Shown here piece by piece: positions 25,118 through 35,078 of a stretch of 64,000 nt of DNA. Position 1 is the stretch's first letter. The number at the start of each line of letters is the position of its first letter. The stretch comes from a virus. Below the pieces are notes generated by a model that was not told where the DNA came from, made no database searches, and was given only the letters and a program-made list of their open reading frames with translations. Location: positions 1-64,000 of the IMG/VR virus record IMGVR_UViG_3300028786_000007, one strand, 5' to 3'. A program made the translations under genes and the position numbers.

Positions 25118-25339
25118 ATGCCTCAGTTAATCGTCATGGACGGCACTGGCGACTCGCGCATGGACTTCAGTGGCGGTAAAAGTAGCGCCTCGACCAAGAA
25201 GGCGATGGAACGCTTCAATGAGTTGATGGGCCAGGGCTATATCGCTGTAAAGAGTGATGGTAGTGGCAATAAACAACTTACTCGGAAATTTGACGCCGGA
25301 GGAGATATCATCCTTCATCGACAGCTCATCGGTGGCTGA
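25118..25339 (+). CDS. Hypothetical protein
   Basis: MD.TGDSR..F..A.ERF.EL..GY.A..L.GG, a conserved-looking small protein. Confidence 0.65.
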   Translation: MPQLIVMDGTGDSRMDFSGGKSSASTKKAMERFNELMGQGYIAVKSDGSGNKQLTRKFDAGGDIILHRQLIGG

Positions 25340-26573
25340 TCGGATCTTCCGGACGGTGGAGCACCGCGACTCCGCGGAAGGTGAGGCGTTCAAGTATGAG
25401 GTCACGGAGCTCGCCCAAAACGGCTACCGACACGAGGTGCGAGAGCGGCGTACCGCAGACATCACGCCACTCCGACGCCTTGACGCTTATCATGAGGATG
25501 GGCGGCCCGGCGAATTTCGGCTTAGCGCCACGTTTGAATCCGGGTTCAGTTTCCACCAGATTGTCCGGCGTCCTTCCTCACCCCACTACTGGAACCAGCT
25601 CGTCGAAGAGACGGAGCGGAACCAGGGTCAGCGCTACCCTCGAAGTCACTCCCTCACCTATGAGGTGCACCGTTGGTTTGCGGAAGCTCTTGAGGACATA
25701 AGGCTTGAGCTCGCCTGCGAGGAAGCCGACCGCCAGTTCCACTATATTGTCGAGCGCACCACCGACCGTGATATTCTGTCACAAGCGGCCGCAAGGCGCG
25801 AGGAGGCCATTCATCGGTTACGCGAGCACCAGCAAGCGCGCCGGCCACTTCATCACCACTATCCCCCTGAAACGATGCGCCTTTCGCGCTCAACGGCTAC
25901 GGAAGTTCGCACCCGCCAGCAGGACGGTGAGCGACGGTTGCGTCAGCAAGAAGCCGAAATGCGCTTGCATTGGATGCGGGAGCTGCGTCGCGCAGACTTC
26001 ATGGCTTGGGATGTCTCCGGAGACGGTGGCAGCGCGGCCCGTAAGGAGGCCCAGGCTCGCGGCCTTAAGCTGCTGCGGGAAAACCTTTCCGTCGACCAGC
26101 GGGCCGAATACGACGCTAGGGAGCACTTCCACGTGATCGGCGGCGATACCGGCACCCGCTACCGCATTCTGCATGGCCGCCAGATCAACATCCGCCAGTT
26201 GGGCGAAGGCGATAAGATCGTGGCCAAGCTGTGCTTCCTGCCGGCCGGCAACCTCGTGGAAGGCGACGTGATGCTGGCTCAGAAGTTCGCCCTAGAGCTG
26301 CAGGAGAAGGCGGCGCTGAAAATAGCCAATCGGTTTCCGCCTGATGGTGAGTTCCAGGGCATGGAAGCATCTATGACGTTCGTGGATGAATATCAGCGAA
26401 TTGGCCGACGTACTCTTTCTCGGGAGGAACTATTCGGCACGTTTCCACCTGAAGAGCCCCGCGGAACAGTACGTGCTCCCAGTGACGAAGAATTGCTCCG
26501 TGAGCGTGAAATGTACCAGTACACTGACAATATCATGCGTAGATCACCAAATTCTCGGCGCAGATACGAATAA
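25332..26573 (+). CDS. Hypothetical protein with conserved C-terminal domain (start uncertain)
   Basis: Long ORF; LLRENLS..Q......HF.V.G..TG.RYRI..LCF.P.G.L..GD.MLAQK.ALE. Confidence 0.7.
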   Translation: MADRIFRTVEHRDSAEGEAFKYEVTELAQNGYRHEVRERRTADITPLRRLDAYHEDGRPGEFRLSATFESGFSFHQIVRRPSSPHYWNQLVEETERNQGQRYPRSHSLTYEVHRWFAEALEDIRLELACEEADRQFHYIVERTTDRDILSQAAARREEAIHRLREHQQARRPLHHHYPPETMRLSRSTATEVRTRQQDGERRLRQQEAEMRLHWMRELRRADFMAWDVSGDGGSAARKEAQARGLKLLRENLSVDQRAEYDAREHFHVIGGDTGTRYRILHGRQINIRQLGEGDKIVAKLCFLPAGNLVEGDVMLAQKFALELQEKAALKIANRFPPDGEFQGMEASMTFVDEYQRIGRRTLSREELFGTFPPEEPRGTVRAPSDEELLREREMYQYTDNIMRRSPNSRRRYE

Positions 26574-26771
26574 ATCTGGCAAATAGTTGTTGTAACAAGC
26601 TTTTATTTAAGTTATTGCTGAATTGCGCTAATCACGCTTCGGCTGAACATCCCCGTCAGAGTGTTCCCACTACCAAGATCTAGTGTGCTAACAAAGATCT
26701 TGTTCGCGCTAAGCAGGCGTTCTGCTGACAAATTGGGAACATACACTCTTTAGCACACGGGAATTACCACA

Positions 26772-27848
26772 ATGGCTACTACGTCATTTGGCGTCAATGA
26801 CGCCTTGGCGGTCAAGCTGTGGAGCCGGTCCCTCGCAGTTGCCGAACGCGAATACCTGGACATCGCTCCGCTGATCGGCGAGGGCGAGGACAGCATCATC
26901 CAGCTCAAGACGGAGACCCGTAAGGGGGCTGGTGACCGTATCACGTTCGCGCTTCGTGCCCGCCTGACCGGCGAAGGCAAGACCGAAGGTGAGACCGCCG
27001 AAGGAAACGGCGAATCGCTCTCCAACTATTCTGACAACCTGCTCATCAACGAGCTCGGCCACATCGTCGGTGTCAAGTCCGAAAACACCATCGACGCACA
27101 GCGCGTTCAGTATGACCTGCGCGAGCAGGCTCGTGACGCGCTCGGCGAGTGGTGGGCGGACCGTAAGTCGGCCAGCTTCTTCAATCAGGTTTGCGGCAAC
27201 AATGCTGAGACCCGGCTGAAATACACTGGCCTGAATACGGCGACGGCACCGGCCGGCACCGGCCGGCAGATTTGGGCTGGCACCGCGGCTAACGACCAGA
27301 GCCTGACCTCGGGCGACGTCTTCACCCTGGACCTTATCGATGCGGCGGTGGAAAACGCCAAAGTCGGTAACAATATGGTGCGTCCGATCCGCATTGGTGG
27401 CCAGCCGAAATACGTGATGTATCTTCATCCGTATCAGGTCACGTCCATGCGCACCAACTCGGCCTCCGGTCAGTGGATGGACATTGCCAAAGCGGCCATG
27501 ATGGGCGGTCAGGTGACTGGCAACCCCATCTATACGGGCGCTCTGGGCGAGTACAACGGCGTGATCCTGCGCTCCTCGCAGGACGTGACCCTCGGCGTCA
27601 ATAGCTCGACTGGCCTCGCGGTATCTAATACCCGGCGTGCAGTTCTGCTCGGCGCTCAGGCTTGCGTGATCGCCTTCGGCCAGAACAACTACGGTCCCAG
27701 CAAATATCGCTGGAATGAGGAGTTGCTCGACCACAAGCGCAAGCTTGAGGTTTCGGCCTGGAGCATCTGGGGCATGAAGAAGACCGTCTTCAATTCGGCG
27801 GACTTCGGAGTGGTCGTTGTGTCAACCTACGCGGCAGCGGCGAGCTGA
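26772..27848 (+). CDS. Major capsid protein (N4-gp56 / DUF4043 family)
   Basis: AVKLWS, GDRITF.L..L.GEG..EGN.E.L, LR..ARDAL..W, YVMYLHP.Q, G.YNGVIL, A.LLGAQA, DFGV. Confidence 0.9.
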   Translation: MATTSFGVNDALAVKLWSRSLAVAEREYLDIAPLIGEGEDSIIQLKTETRKGAGDRITFALRARLTGEGKTEGETAEGNGESLSNYSDNLLINELGHIVGVKSENTIDAQRVQYDLREQARDALGEWWADRKSASFFNQVCGNNAETRLKYTGLNTATAPAGTGRQIWAGTAANDQSLTSGDVFTLDLIDAAVENAKVGNNMVRPIRIGGQPKYVMYLHPYQVTSMRTNSASGQWMDIAKAAMMGGQVTGNPIYTGALGEYNGVILRSSQDVTLGVNSSTGLAVSNTRRAVLLGAQACVIAFGQNNYGPSKYRWNEELLDHKRKLEVSAWSIWGMKKTVFNSADFGVVVVSTYAAAAS

Positions 27849-27896
27849 TAGCGGAGAACGACCTGCTCTCTTAGCAGGTCAATAGGAGACAAGACA

Positions 27897-28298
27897 ATGA
27901 CGACCAATACTGCAGGCTCGGCGGCCCAAGAGTACCATACCCGCCAGACCCACTTCCTGCGCTACGACCTTACGGAGACGAGCGCTTTGACGGGCACCAT
28001 CGGCATTCTGCCGGCCGGTGCCATCATCGATGCCGCGAATTCCGGCGTGTACGTCAATACTGTGTTCTCCGGCGGCAACCCGACGGTGGATATTGGCATC
28101 ACTGGTTCGACCACAAAGTATGCGTCCGCCCTCGACCTGGATGCTGCTCTGGGCTTCGTGGTGCTGGATGAAACGTCGGGCGATACGCTGAAGGTGACGG
28201 TGGACACTCCGCTGATCTATACGCTGGTGCTGGATACTCCGGTAGCGGCTGACGGCGACGCGTCGATCATCATCCAGTATTTCCCCCGCCTCGGCTAA
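27897..28298 (+). CDS. Virion structural protein (capsid decoration/cement-like)
   Basis: Directly after MCP, beta-rich, strong RBS. Confidence 0.65.
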   Translation: MTTNTAGSAAQEYHTRQTHFLRYDLTETSALTGTIGILPAGAIIDAANSGVYVNTVFSGGNPTVDIGITGSTTKYASALDLDAALGFVVLDETSGDTLKVTVDTPLIYTLVLDTPVAADGDASIIIQYFPRLG

Positions 28299-28351
28299 CA
28301 ACGGTGGCAGTCCTCACGGGGACTGCTCCCTAGCTATAAGGAGCTAAGGAT

Positions 28352-29308
28352 ATGGTGACCGGCGTTGGCGGAAACGAACGTAACTATGAGAACTTTCGGT
28401 TCCACGCCCGAGAGTTCGTAGCGAATGGCGTGAACGTGCTCGGCTCGGAGTTTACTACGGGCGACACTTTCTATGTCAACAGTGCGGCCCCGGCGAACGG
28501 CGATGGCCTGACGCCCAACACCGCATTGAACACCCTCGACGCAGCTATTGGTCTCTGCGAGGCCAATAAAGGCGACCGTATTTATGTTCTCCCAGGTCAT
28601 GCTGAGAACGTCTCTACGGCCAGCTTTATCACGGCGGACATCGCCGGGGTGCGCATTATCGGCCTGGGCCGGGGTTCTTCACGCCCGACCCTGACTTGGA
28701 CGGCGGCAGCAGCCACAATTGTTGTCAGCGCAGCTTCAGTCAGCTTCGAAAACTTCCGCTTTGTGAACAACTTTGTGGACGTTGTGACGATGTTCAGCGT
28801 GTCGGGCGCTGGCGATGACCTTCTGTTCATTGGTTGTCAGTTTACGGACACTTCGACAATCTTGAATGCGATCGACTTTGTCACGCTCGCCACGGGCGCT
28901 GATGGCCTGAGTTTCGTCGGTTGTCAGGTTATCGGCAAGAGTGCTCAGAACGACTCGTTCATTACCGGCGTGGCGCATGATCGTATTCTTATCGATCGGT
29001 GCCAGATCCAGTTCGACGTCGCGCAGGCCGCGGTTGTCGGCGTGATCGAAACGTCCGGTAACGCCACCAATGTTTGGATCAAGGACAGCTTGTTCCGCTC
29101 CAACGTGGACGGTGCACTGTTCTTGGACTTCAATGGTGCAGCGAATTCCGGCGGCGTGACCAACTGTTACTTCTCGTCTATCGATACGGCGGGTGCAGTG
29201 ACAGACGGCTTCGACTTTACGGGCGGTCACTTCTTCGAATGCTACGTGGCCGGCGAAGCTGACAGCTTCGGTCTGGTCGGTGGTGGTACTGTGTACAACA
29301 ACGCTTAA
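28352..29308 (+). CDS. Virion protein with beta-helix-like repeats (head fibre/spike)
   Basis: FYVNS..NGDG..P..TLDAAI..GDRIYV.PGH start typical of pectin-lyase-like folds. Confidence 0.65.
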   Translation: MVTGVGGNERNYENFRFHAREFVANGVNVLGSEFTTGDTFYVNSAAPANGDGLTPNTALNTLDAAIGLCEANKGDRIYVLPGHAENVSTASFITADIAGVRIIGLGRGSSRPTLTWTAAAATIVVSAASVSFENFRFVNNFVDVVTMFSVSGAGDDLLFIGCQFTDTSTILNAIDFVTLATGADGLSFVGCQVIGKSAQNDSFITGVAHDRILIDRCQIQFDVAQAAVVGVIETSGNATNVWIKDSLFRSNVDGALFLDFNGAANSGGVTNCYFSSIDTAGAVTDGFDFTGGHFFECYVAGEADSFGLVGGGTVYNNA

Positions 29309-29362
29309 AGGGTTGGGGCTCCGGCCCCAACACCTCCCTTCCCTCTGGCTCAGGGGCACCCC

Positions 29363-30001
29363 ATGACCACGCTCGCGACGATGAAGGCCCGAATTGCGAG
29401 CGAGTTACGGCGCTCCGACCTGACAACTCAAATCGCAGATAACATCAACACTGCTATTAGTGCTTACGAGCACGAGCGGTGGTTTTTCAACGAGAGCCGA
29501 GAGAACATCTTCCTTACCGTTGACGAACAGCCTAACTATGATTCTTCTGACGCGGCCTTTATTGGCCTGATTTCTAAGACGGACTACCTATTCATCGTTG
29601 TCGGCGATCAGCCCTTTCAGCTGTTGCCGGAAACGATGGCGTTCATCGAAGATTCCAACACGAACAACACCTTCCTGGGCCAGCCGGCCTGGTATGCCTG
29701 GTATGATGAGCAATTCTGGCTCTACCCAGTGCCCAATGAGGTTTGGACAGTTCGCGTTGGTGCCGTTCTAGAGCAGGCTGCGCCCGCGACGGATGGCGAG
29801 ACCGGCAACCCTTGGATGAACAAAGCGGAACGGTTAATCCGTAGCCGTGCCAAATATGAAATTTACACCCACATCCTCAAGGACTTAGAGCAGGCTCAAG
29901 TGATGGCTTCCGCCGTGACAGAAGCCTACGAACAGCTGAATACTCGCACCACTCGCAAGGTAAAGACTGGCCCCGGCCGGGTTAAAGCGATGAGGTTCTA
30001 A
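29363..30001 (+). CDS. Head-tail adaptor protein
   Basis: MTTL..MKARIA.EL.R.DL..I..AI, G.P..YA, LYPVP; position in the tail operon. Confidence 0.7.
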   Translation: MTTLATMKARIASELRRSDLTTQIADNINTAISAYEHERWFFNESRENIFLTVDEQPNYDSSDAAFIGLISKTDYLFIVVGDQPFQLLPETMAFIEDSNTNNTFLGQPAWYAWYDEQFWLYPVPNEVWTVRVGAVLEQAAPATDGETGNPWMNKAERLIRSRAKYEIYTHILKDLEQAQVMASAVTEAYEQLNTRTTRKVKTGPGRVKAMRF

Positions 30002-30002
30002 G

Positions 30003-31481
30003 ATGCCCTCCCCGCAACCGCTGCCACTTGCCTTCGGGGAATATCGTCCGGACGTTTCTGACCACAACGCCACTTACACGAGTTCACTGCTCAATGTCAA
30101 GTCGCGGTCTGATGGCTACGGACCCATTAATCTTCCGGTAGCCTACACCCAAGCATTGCCTGCGGCTTGCCGCGGTTACTTCTATGCACGCAGAACTGAT
30201 GGCTCGGTGGCCATTTTCGCGGGGACGTCCACCAAGCTCTACCTCATGGACAACACAGACTTTTCGTGGGACGATGTCTCTTCGGGTGGGGGCACTTATG
30301 CTACGCTAACAGCGACGGCCCAATGGCAGTTTGTCCAATTCAATGACATCGTGCTGGCTACTCAGGCCAATGACATCGTGCAGGCCTTTACGTTGAGCAC
30401 GGACGTAACATTCGATGACCTCGCTGGCAGTCCACCGCAAGCTGCCTATATTGCGGTGGTCAATCGCTTTGTCGTACTTTCGGGCCTCCTGGGCCAACCT
30501 TTCCGGGTGCAGTGGTCCGGCCTCAATGAGATTGATAATTGGACAGCCGGCGACAATTTCTCGGACTTCCAAGACCTCGCGGATGGCGGTATTAACCGTG
30601 GCGTGGCGGGCGGCGAGTATGGCCTGATCCTGCAGGAAGGTGCGATCCGGCGCATGACCTATGTGCCTGGTTCGGAGCTGGTCTTTCAGATCAACCGCGT
30701 GGCGCAAGACCGTGGCCTCAACGCCCCTTATTCCCTAGTTGCGGCCGGCGAGAAGGTGTTCTTCCTGACCCCTCAAGGTTTCGTCCAATCAGACGTTTCG
30801 GGCCTACTGACCCCTATTGGCAAGGAGCGTGTAGACCGTACTTTTTATGCGGAGTGGGACGACGCTAACCCGCAATTGATGATCGGCGTGGCGGATCCCG
30901 CAGCGAACGTAGTGCTTTGGGTCTACAAAACTCAAAATGGGAGCATAACAGGCCGCTTTAACAAAGCGCTGCTTTTCGACTGGGCGCTCAATCGTTGGAC
31001 GCCTGCTGAGATTTCTGGTGAATTCATGGCTTCGTTGGCCAAGCCGGGCCTAACACTAGAAAACCTAGACATGATTTCCGGTTCATTGGATGCCCTGCCG
31101 TTTAGCTTGGATGAGGTCTCAACCTCTACGCTTCCGGCCCTTTCTATTATGGACGGTGATCATAAAGTTGCCTTCTTCAGTGGAGATTTTAGTGAAGCTA
31201 CTCTAGAAACAGCAGAGTATTCTGTGCCCGGTCAAGTGCTGGACGTTAATGGAATTTGGCCTCTGACTGACTCACCCAGTGTTTTTTCTAGTATAGGTCA
31301 ACGATTTAACCTAAATTCGTCTGTAACCTATTCTGATGAAACAGAAATTAACGAAGATGGGATGTGTCCGCAACTTGTAGAGGCCCGCTATCTTCGAATA
31401 AAGCTGCGAATTCCGGAAGGATCATCTTGGACGTATGCCAAGGGAGCAATTCCTGAAGCAAAGGCGGGCGGTAAGTCATGA
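30003..31481 (+). CDS. Tail nozzle / DNA stabilisation protein (P22 gp10-like)
   Basis: FGEYRPD start, beta-propeller-like pattern, VQWSG; position. Confidence 0.7.
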   Translation: MPSPQPLPLAFGEYRPDVSDHNATYTSSLLNVKSRSDGYGPINLPVAYTQALPAACRGYFYARRTDGSVAIFAGTSTKLYLMDNTDFSWDDVSSGGGTYATLTATAQWQFVQFNDIVLATQANDIVQAFTLSTDVTFDDLAGSPPQAAYIAVVNRFVVLSGLLGQPFRVQWSGLNEIDNWTAGDNFSDFQDLADGGINRGVAGGEYGLILQEGAIRRMTYVPGSELVFQINRVAQDRGLNAPYSLVAAGEKVFFLTPQGFVQSDVSGLLTPIGKERVDRTFYAEWDDANPQLMIGVADPAANVVLWVYKTQNGSITGRFNKALLFDWALNRWTPAEISGEFMASLAKPGLTLENLDMISGSLDALPFSLDEVSTSTLPALSIMDGDHKVAFFSGDFSEATLETAEYSVPGQVLDVNGIWPLTDSPSVFSSIGQRFNLNSSVTYSDETEINEDGMCPQLVEARYLRIKLRIPEGSSWTYAKGAIPEAKAGGKS

Positions 31482-31792
31482 GCGGCAACTATCCCACGCA
31501 GGGCGAAACCAGCCCCATCAAGCTAGTACAATCCATCCAGGATCTGTACGCCGGCCGCAATAACTGCTTCGGAGAATTTACGCTTGAGGTTGCGCCAGCA
31601 ACTACGACCGTAGTGCGCTCTCCTAACTCTGGCCCACAGTCTATTCCACTACTGACCCCGCTCAACAACCACGCTGCCACGGAGATTGGAGCGGGCGGTT
31701 TGTACATCAGTGCCCGTGCCCTGGGTGAATTTACGATCACCCATAGTTCCAGTGCAAATCTGAGGAATTTTGGCTATGTTGCTTTGGGCTAG
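31478..31792 (+). CDS. Virion-associated hypothetical protein
   Basis: ATGA-coupled ORF in the tail operon. Confidence 0.65.
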   Translation: MSGNYPTQGETSPIKLVQSIQDLYAGRNNCFGEFTLEVAPATTTVVRSPNSGPQSIPLLTPLNNHAATEIGAGGLYISARALGEFTITHSSSANLRNFGYVALG

Positions 31793-32234
31793 GCCGACAG
31801 AGGTCGGATGGGTACCGTCCGACCAAATTGGCGATGTTATTAAGGCATTCGGCTACTTTTTGCTCCGCGGCCTCAAGGCTGCTGATCTGACACTTGACCA
31901 ATTGGTCGAAGACCTTGCCAACAACCAATGTTGGCTCGGCGTTGCCTTTGAGACGGAGCCCTTTCGCCCCCTGGGCATTTGGGTCACGGACCTCCGCTAT
32001 GACGAGGACAGTGAGTTGAACTTCGCCACCATCTACGGGCTGAGCGGCGAACGGCTTCCTGCTTGGACCCAGGATTTTGAGAGGATTGTCACTGATTTTG
32101 CGCTCGCGAATAAGTGCAAATCGGTGCGCTTCTTCGGCCGCGCCGCTTATCGGTCGCTGATCGAAGACCTGGACATCATTGGTAAGTCAGAGGACGGTCG
32201 CGCGCTCCTGTTCGAAAAGAAAATCGCGGCCTGA
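31770..32234 (+). CDS. GNAT-like virion assembly protein
   Basis: FA.ANKCKSVRFFGR; position before the ejection genes. Confidence 0.55.
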   Translation: MAMLLWARPTEVGWVPSDQIGDVIKAFGYFLLRGLKAADLTLDQLVEDLANNQCWLGVAFETEPFRPLGIWVTDLRYDEDSELNFATIYGLSGERLPAWTQDFERIVTDFALANKCKSVRFFGRAAYRSLIEDLDIIGKSEDGRALLFEKKIAA

Positions 32235-32245
32235 AAGGTATCGCT

Positions 32246-33556
32246 ATGAGCGCTTCACTCGGAATGTCTTCTACGAAGCAAAAGTCCAAGTCGGAATCAG
32301 ACCCTTGGTCCCCGACGATCCCATACCTTGAGGACTACCTCGGGCAGGTCGGGGATTTGTCGACGCAACCAATGACTGGCGACCAGAGCGCTGCGGCGAG
32401 CGAAGTTAAAAATATCTACGCTCAGGGCAACCCTTTCGCCGGGCAAATCGGCCAGCTTGCTAATGACACTTTTGCGGGACCGGGTAGTCAATCGGGCATG
32501 ATGGGCCAGGGCTATGCTGATCTACAGAAGCGACTGACTCCTTACGCTGACGGTAAGTTCCTGGATTTTAAGGAAAATCCCTATATCAACGACATGTTGA
32601 CAACAGTCGGTGATAGCGTCCAGCAGCGGATTAATGCCCAGTTCGCGGGGGCCGGCCGCGACTTGTCCGGCATGAACCAGAAAACAGTAGGGGCGGGCGT
32701 CGCGGGGGCAATGTCGCCGATCCTGGCTCAGCTGTATAGCCAGGAACAAGACCGGGCGCTCGGCGCAGCCAATACCCTCTATGGTGCCTCAAATACCACT
32801 GCTCAGGGTATGCAGGGACTAGATACTGCCGCTTTGCAGGCCCGCGCTGGTGCATTACCGATCTCCCAAGCTGCGAATGATGCCAATCTATGGGGTCCGC
32901 AGGGCATTTATAACCTGGAACAGCTCACAGCTAATGCACCCTTTGAGCGGATGGGTATGCTGGGCAACTTGCTACTGCCGGTGGCGCAGCTGGGTCAGCA
33001 GCAGTCTAGTTCCGGGAAATCCTCGACCGTCGGTGCTAATGTCGGCGCGAAGCTGCTTTCCGATGAGCGGCTTAAGGAGAATATCCGGGAAATCGGCATG
33101 ATGGCTGATGGTACGCCAATGGTGCGGTTCAACTATAAGGGCGACCCCACAGTTCGCATCGGCGTACGCGCTCAGGATGTTGAGGAGCTCAGCCCAGAAG
33201 CGGTGAGCGAGTATTCAGCTCCGCAGGCCGGGACCGACGATGGCAATGTCAAATATGTGGATATGGACCTTGCCACTCAGCGTTCCGCGGACATGATGGC
33301 GGACGGCGCTGGTCCCGGAATGGGTGGAGCGTTGAGCTCCATGATGCCCGGCATGTTGCCGCCTGAGCTGCAAATGCAAGCGCCGGCTCCGCAGGGCCTG
33401 CCGCCCGGCATGGCTCAAGGACCGGGTCCGCAAGGTCCAGGGGCTCCTGGCTTACCGGCCGGACCAATGCCGGGTGCTATGGCGCAAGGCGCGTTACCGC
33501 CACCAATACCGCGCCCGATGCTAGAAGACGAGATGTTTATGCGGTCCGCCGCTTAA
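32246..33556 (+). CDS. DNA ejection (pilot) protein with peptidase S74 intramolecular-chaperone domain
   Basis: Gly/Ala/Gln-rich body; SDERLKENI..FNYK..GV.AQDVE...PEAV; Pro-rich tail. Confidence 0.7.
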   Translation: MSASLGMSSTKQKSKSESDPWSPTIPYLEDYLGQVGDLSTQPMTGDQSAAASEVKNIYAQGNPFAGQIGQLANDTFAGPGSQSGMMGQGYADLQKRLTPYADGKFLDFKENPYINDMLTTVGDSVQQRINAQFAGAGRDLSGMNQKTVGAGVAGAMSPILAQLYSQEQDRALGAANTLYGASNTTAQGMQGLDTAALQARAGALPISQAANDANLWGPQGIYNLEQLTANAPFERMGMLGNLLLPVAQLGQQQSSSGKSSTVGANVGAKLLSDERLKENIREIGMMADGTPMVRFNYKGDPTVRIGVRAQDVEELSPEAVSEYSAPQAGTDDGNVKYVDMDLATQRSADMMADGAGPGMGGALSSMMPGMLPPELQMQAPAPQGLPPGMAQGPGPQGPGAPGLPAGPMPGAMAQGALPPPIPRPMLEDEMFMRSAA

Positions 33557-33569
33557 GGGAGGGGGCCGT

Positions 33570-35075
33570 ATGCCCGCGCTCGATCAGATTTACTCCAACG
33601 CCACGAACGCCTTCGGGATGGACCCGGAGTTGCGGAACTTGTTGATGGCGACGATGGAACAGGCGACGGCGGGCGGCCAACCGGCTCCGCAAAGCGCGGC
33701 TGAACAGTTCATGCTCTCGGCCAGGAACCCGCCGCCCGAATCCTACTCCCCGCAGCAAATGGCGCAAATCAGGGCTCAACAGTCCACTCAGGCGAAGGGT
33801 GATATGCTGAGCCCGGCTCCGGGCACGCCGCCACCCGGCCCTTCCGCGCCGATGCCAGCCGCCCCACCGCCTTTTAGCCCGATGCGTCAATTCGCTCCGA
33901 CGGCCGCTAAACCGACGCCGGCCGCAGCACCAGTGGCCATGCCGCGCGCCGCGCCGCCAACGACGGGCCAGCAAATTTCTGCTTTTCTGCGCGGGCTGGG
34001 CACCTCCGACGCGATTTTACCCGCTATAGGCGGCGGCATGGCTGCGGTGGAGGGCTTGGAACAACAAGGCCAGCAACGGAACCAGACCATTCGTGCCCTG
34101 ATGAGCCGCGGCATCGACGCTGACACCGCGCAAGCGGCGGTGAGCAACCCGGAGGTGCTCAAAGCCATCCTCCCTGGGCTGTTCGGAGGTGGAGAACGCA
34201 AGCTCGGCGAGGACTACGGCGAGGATGGCCAGCCACGCAAGTTCTTCTACAACGAAAAGGGTCCGGCTAACATTGAATATATTGGTGGCTCCAAGAAGGG
34301 CGGCTCCACTACTGCACTCTCTAATGCGCAGGGCCGCGCCAATATTAAGCGCGTTGAGGGCATGAAAACTAATGCCCAGGCGGCGGACGAGATGCTCTCT
34401 AATTTGTCCACGCTCAAGACGCTACGCGAGGACACCAGTTATGAAGGCTTTCCGATGGGCGTCTCCCAGGGGATTGCTTGGGCGGGTGACGTTACGGGCA
34501 TGAGCCGCGGCCGGGCCATTAATTCCACGGCCCTCAACTTGCAGCTAGGCTTCACCGAAAAGACCAAAGGCGCGATCACCGACAGAGAAATGGGTATGTT
34601 CGCGGGGGCTGTTCCGGGCCTGGAGATGGGCGACACAGCAGCCCAGCCGGTGATCGCGGGCATGGAAGCAGCGGCGCTGCGGGTTAAAGAACGTGCCAAG
34701 TTCTTCGAGAAATATCTCAAGGTTCATGAAAATTCCTTGGAAGGGGCTGAAGATGCTTGGGAAGGTTACGTCAATGCAAACCCAATCATTACTAAGAACC
34801 CGGATGGAACACTCAAGGTTAACCGTTCCAATATTGGCAATTGGAAGGATTATGTTGGCGAAGATGGCCAAGATCCTCGCACTAACTTTGGACCTTCTCC
34901 GGGCGACGTTAACTTTTCCAACCCCACTTCAGCTAACACAGGCTCTAGCGCTGGTGGAGAAACTGTAGCACCCAAGGGTCCGACCATTAATACGCGGGCT
35001 GAGTATGACGCCCTATCCCCCGGCTCCATTTACTACGACGCCGAAGGCAATCAAGCCCAAAAGCCGAAGAGATAA
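33570..35075 (+). CDS. DNA ejection protein
   Basis: Pro/Ala-rich N-terminus, KGAITDREM motif; position. Confidence 0.65.
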   Translation: MPALDQIYSNATNAFGMDPELRNLLMATMEQATAGGQPAPQSAAEQFMLSARNPPPESYSPQQMAQIRAQQSTQAKGDMLSPAPGTPPPGPSAPMPAAPPPFSPMRQFAPTAAKPTPAAAPVAMPRAAPPTTGQQISAFLRGLGTSDAILPAIGGGMAAVEGLEQQGQQRNQTIRALMSRGIDADTAQAAVSNPEVLKAILPGLFGGGERKLGEDYGEDGQPRKFFYNEKGPANIEYIGGSKKGGSTTALSNAQGRANIKRVEGMKTNAQAADEMLSNLSTLKTLREDTSYEGFPMGVSQGIAWAGDVTGMSRGRAINSTALNLQLGFTEKTKGAITDREMGMFAGAVPGLEMGDTAAQPVIAGMEAAALRVKERAKFFEKYLKVHENSLEGAEDAWEGYVNANPIITKNPDGTLKVNRSNIGNWKDYVGEDGQDPRTNFGPSPGDVNFSNPTSANTGSSAGGETVAPKGPTINTRAEYDALSPGSIYYDAEGNQAQKPKR

Positions 35076-35078
35076 AGC

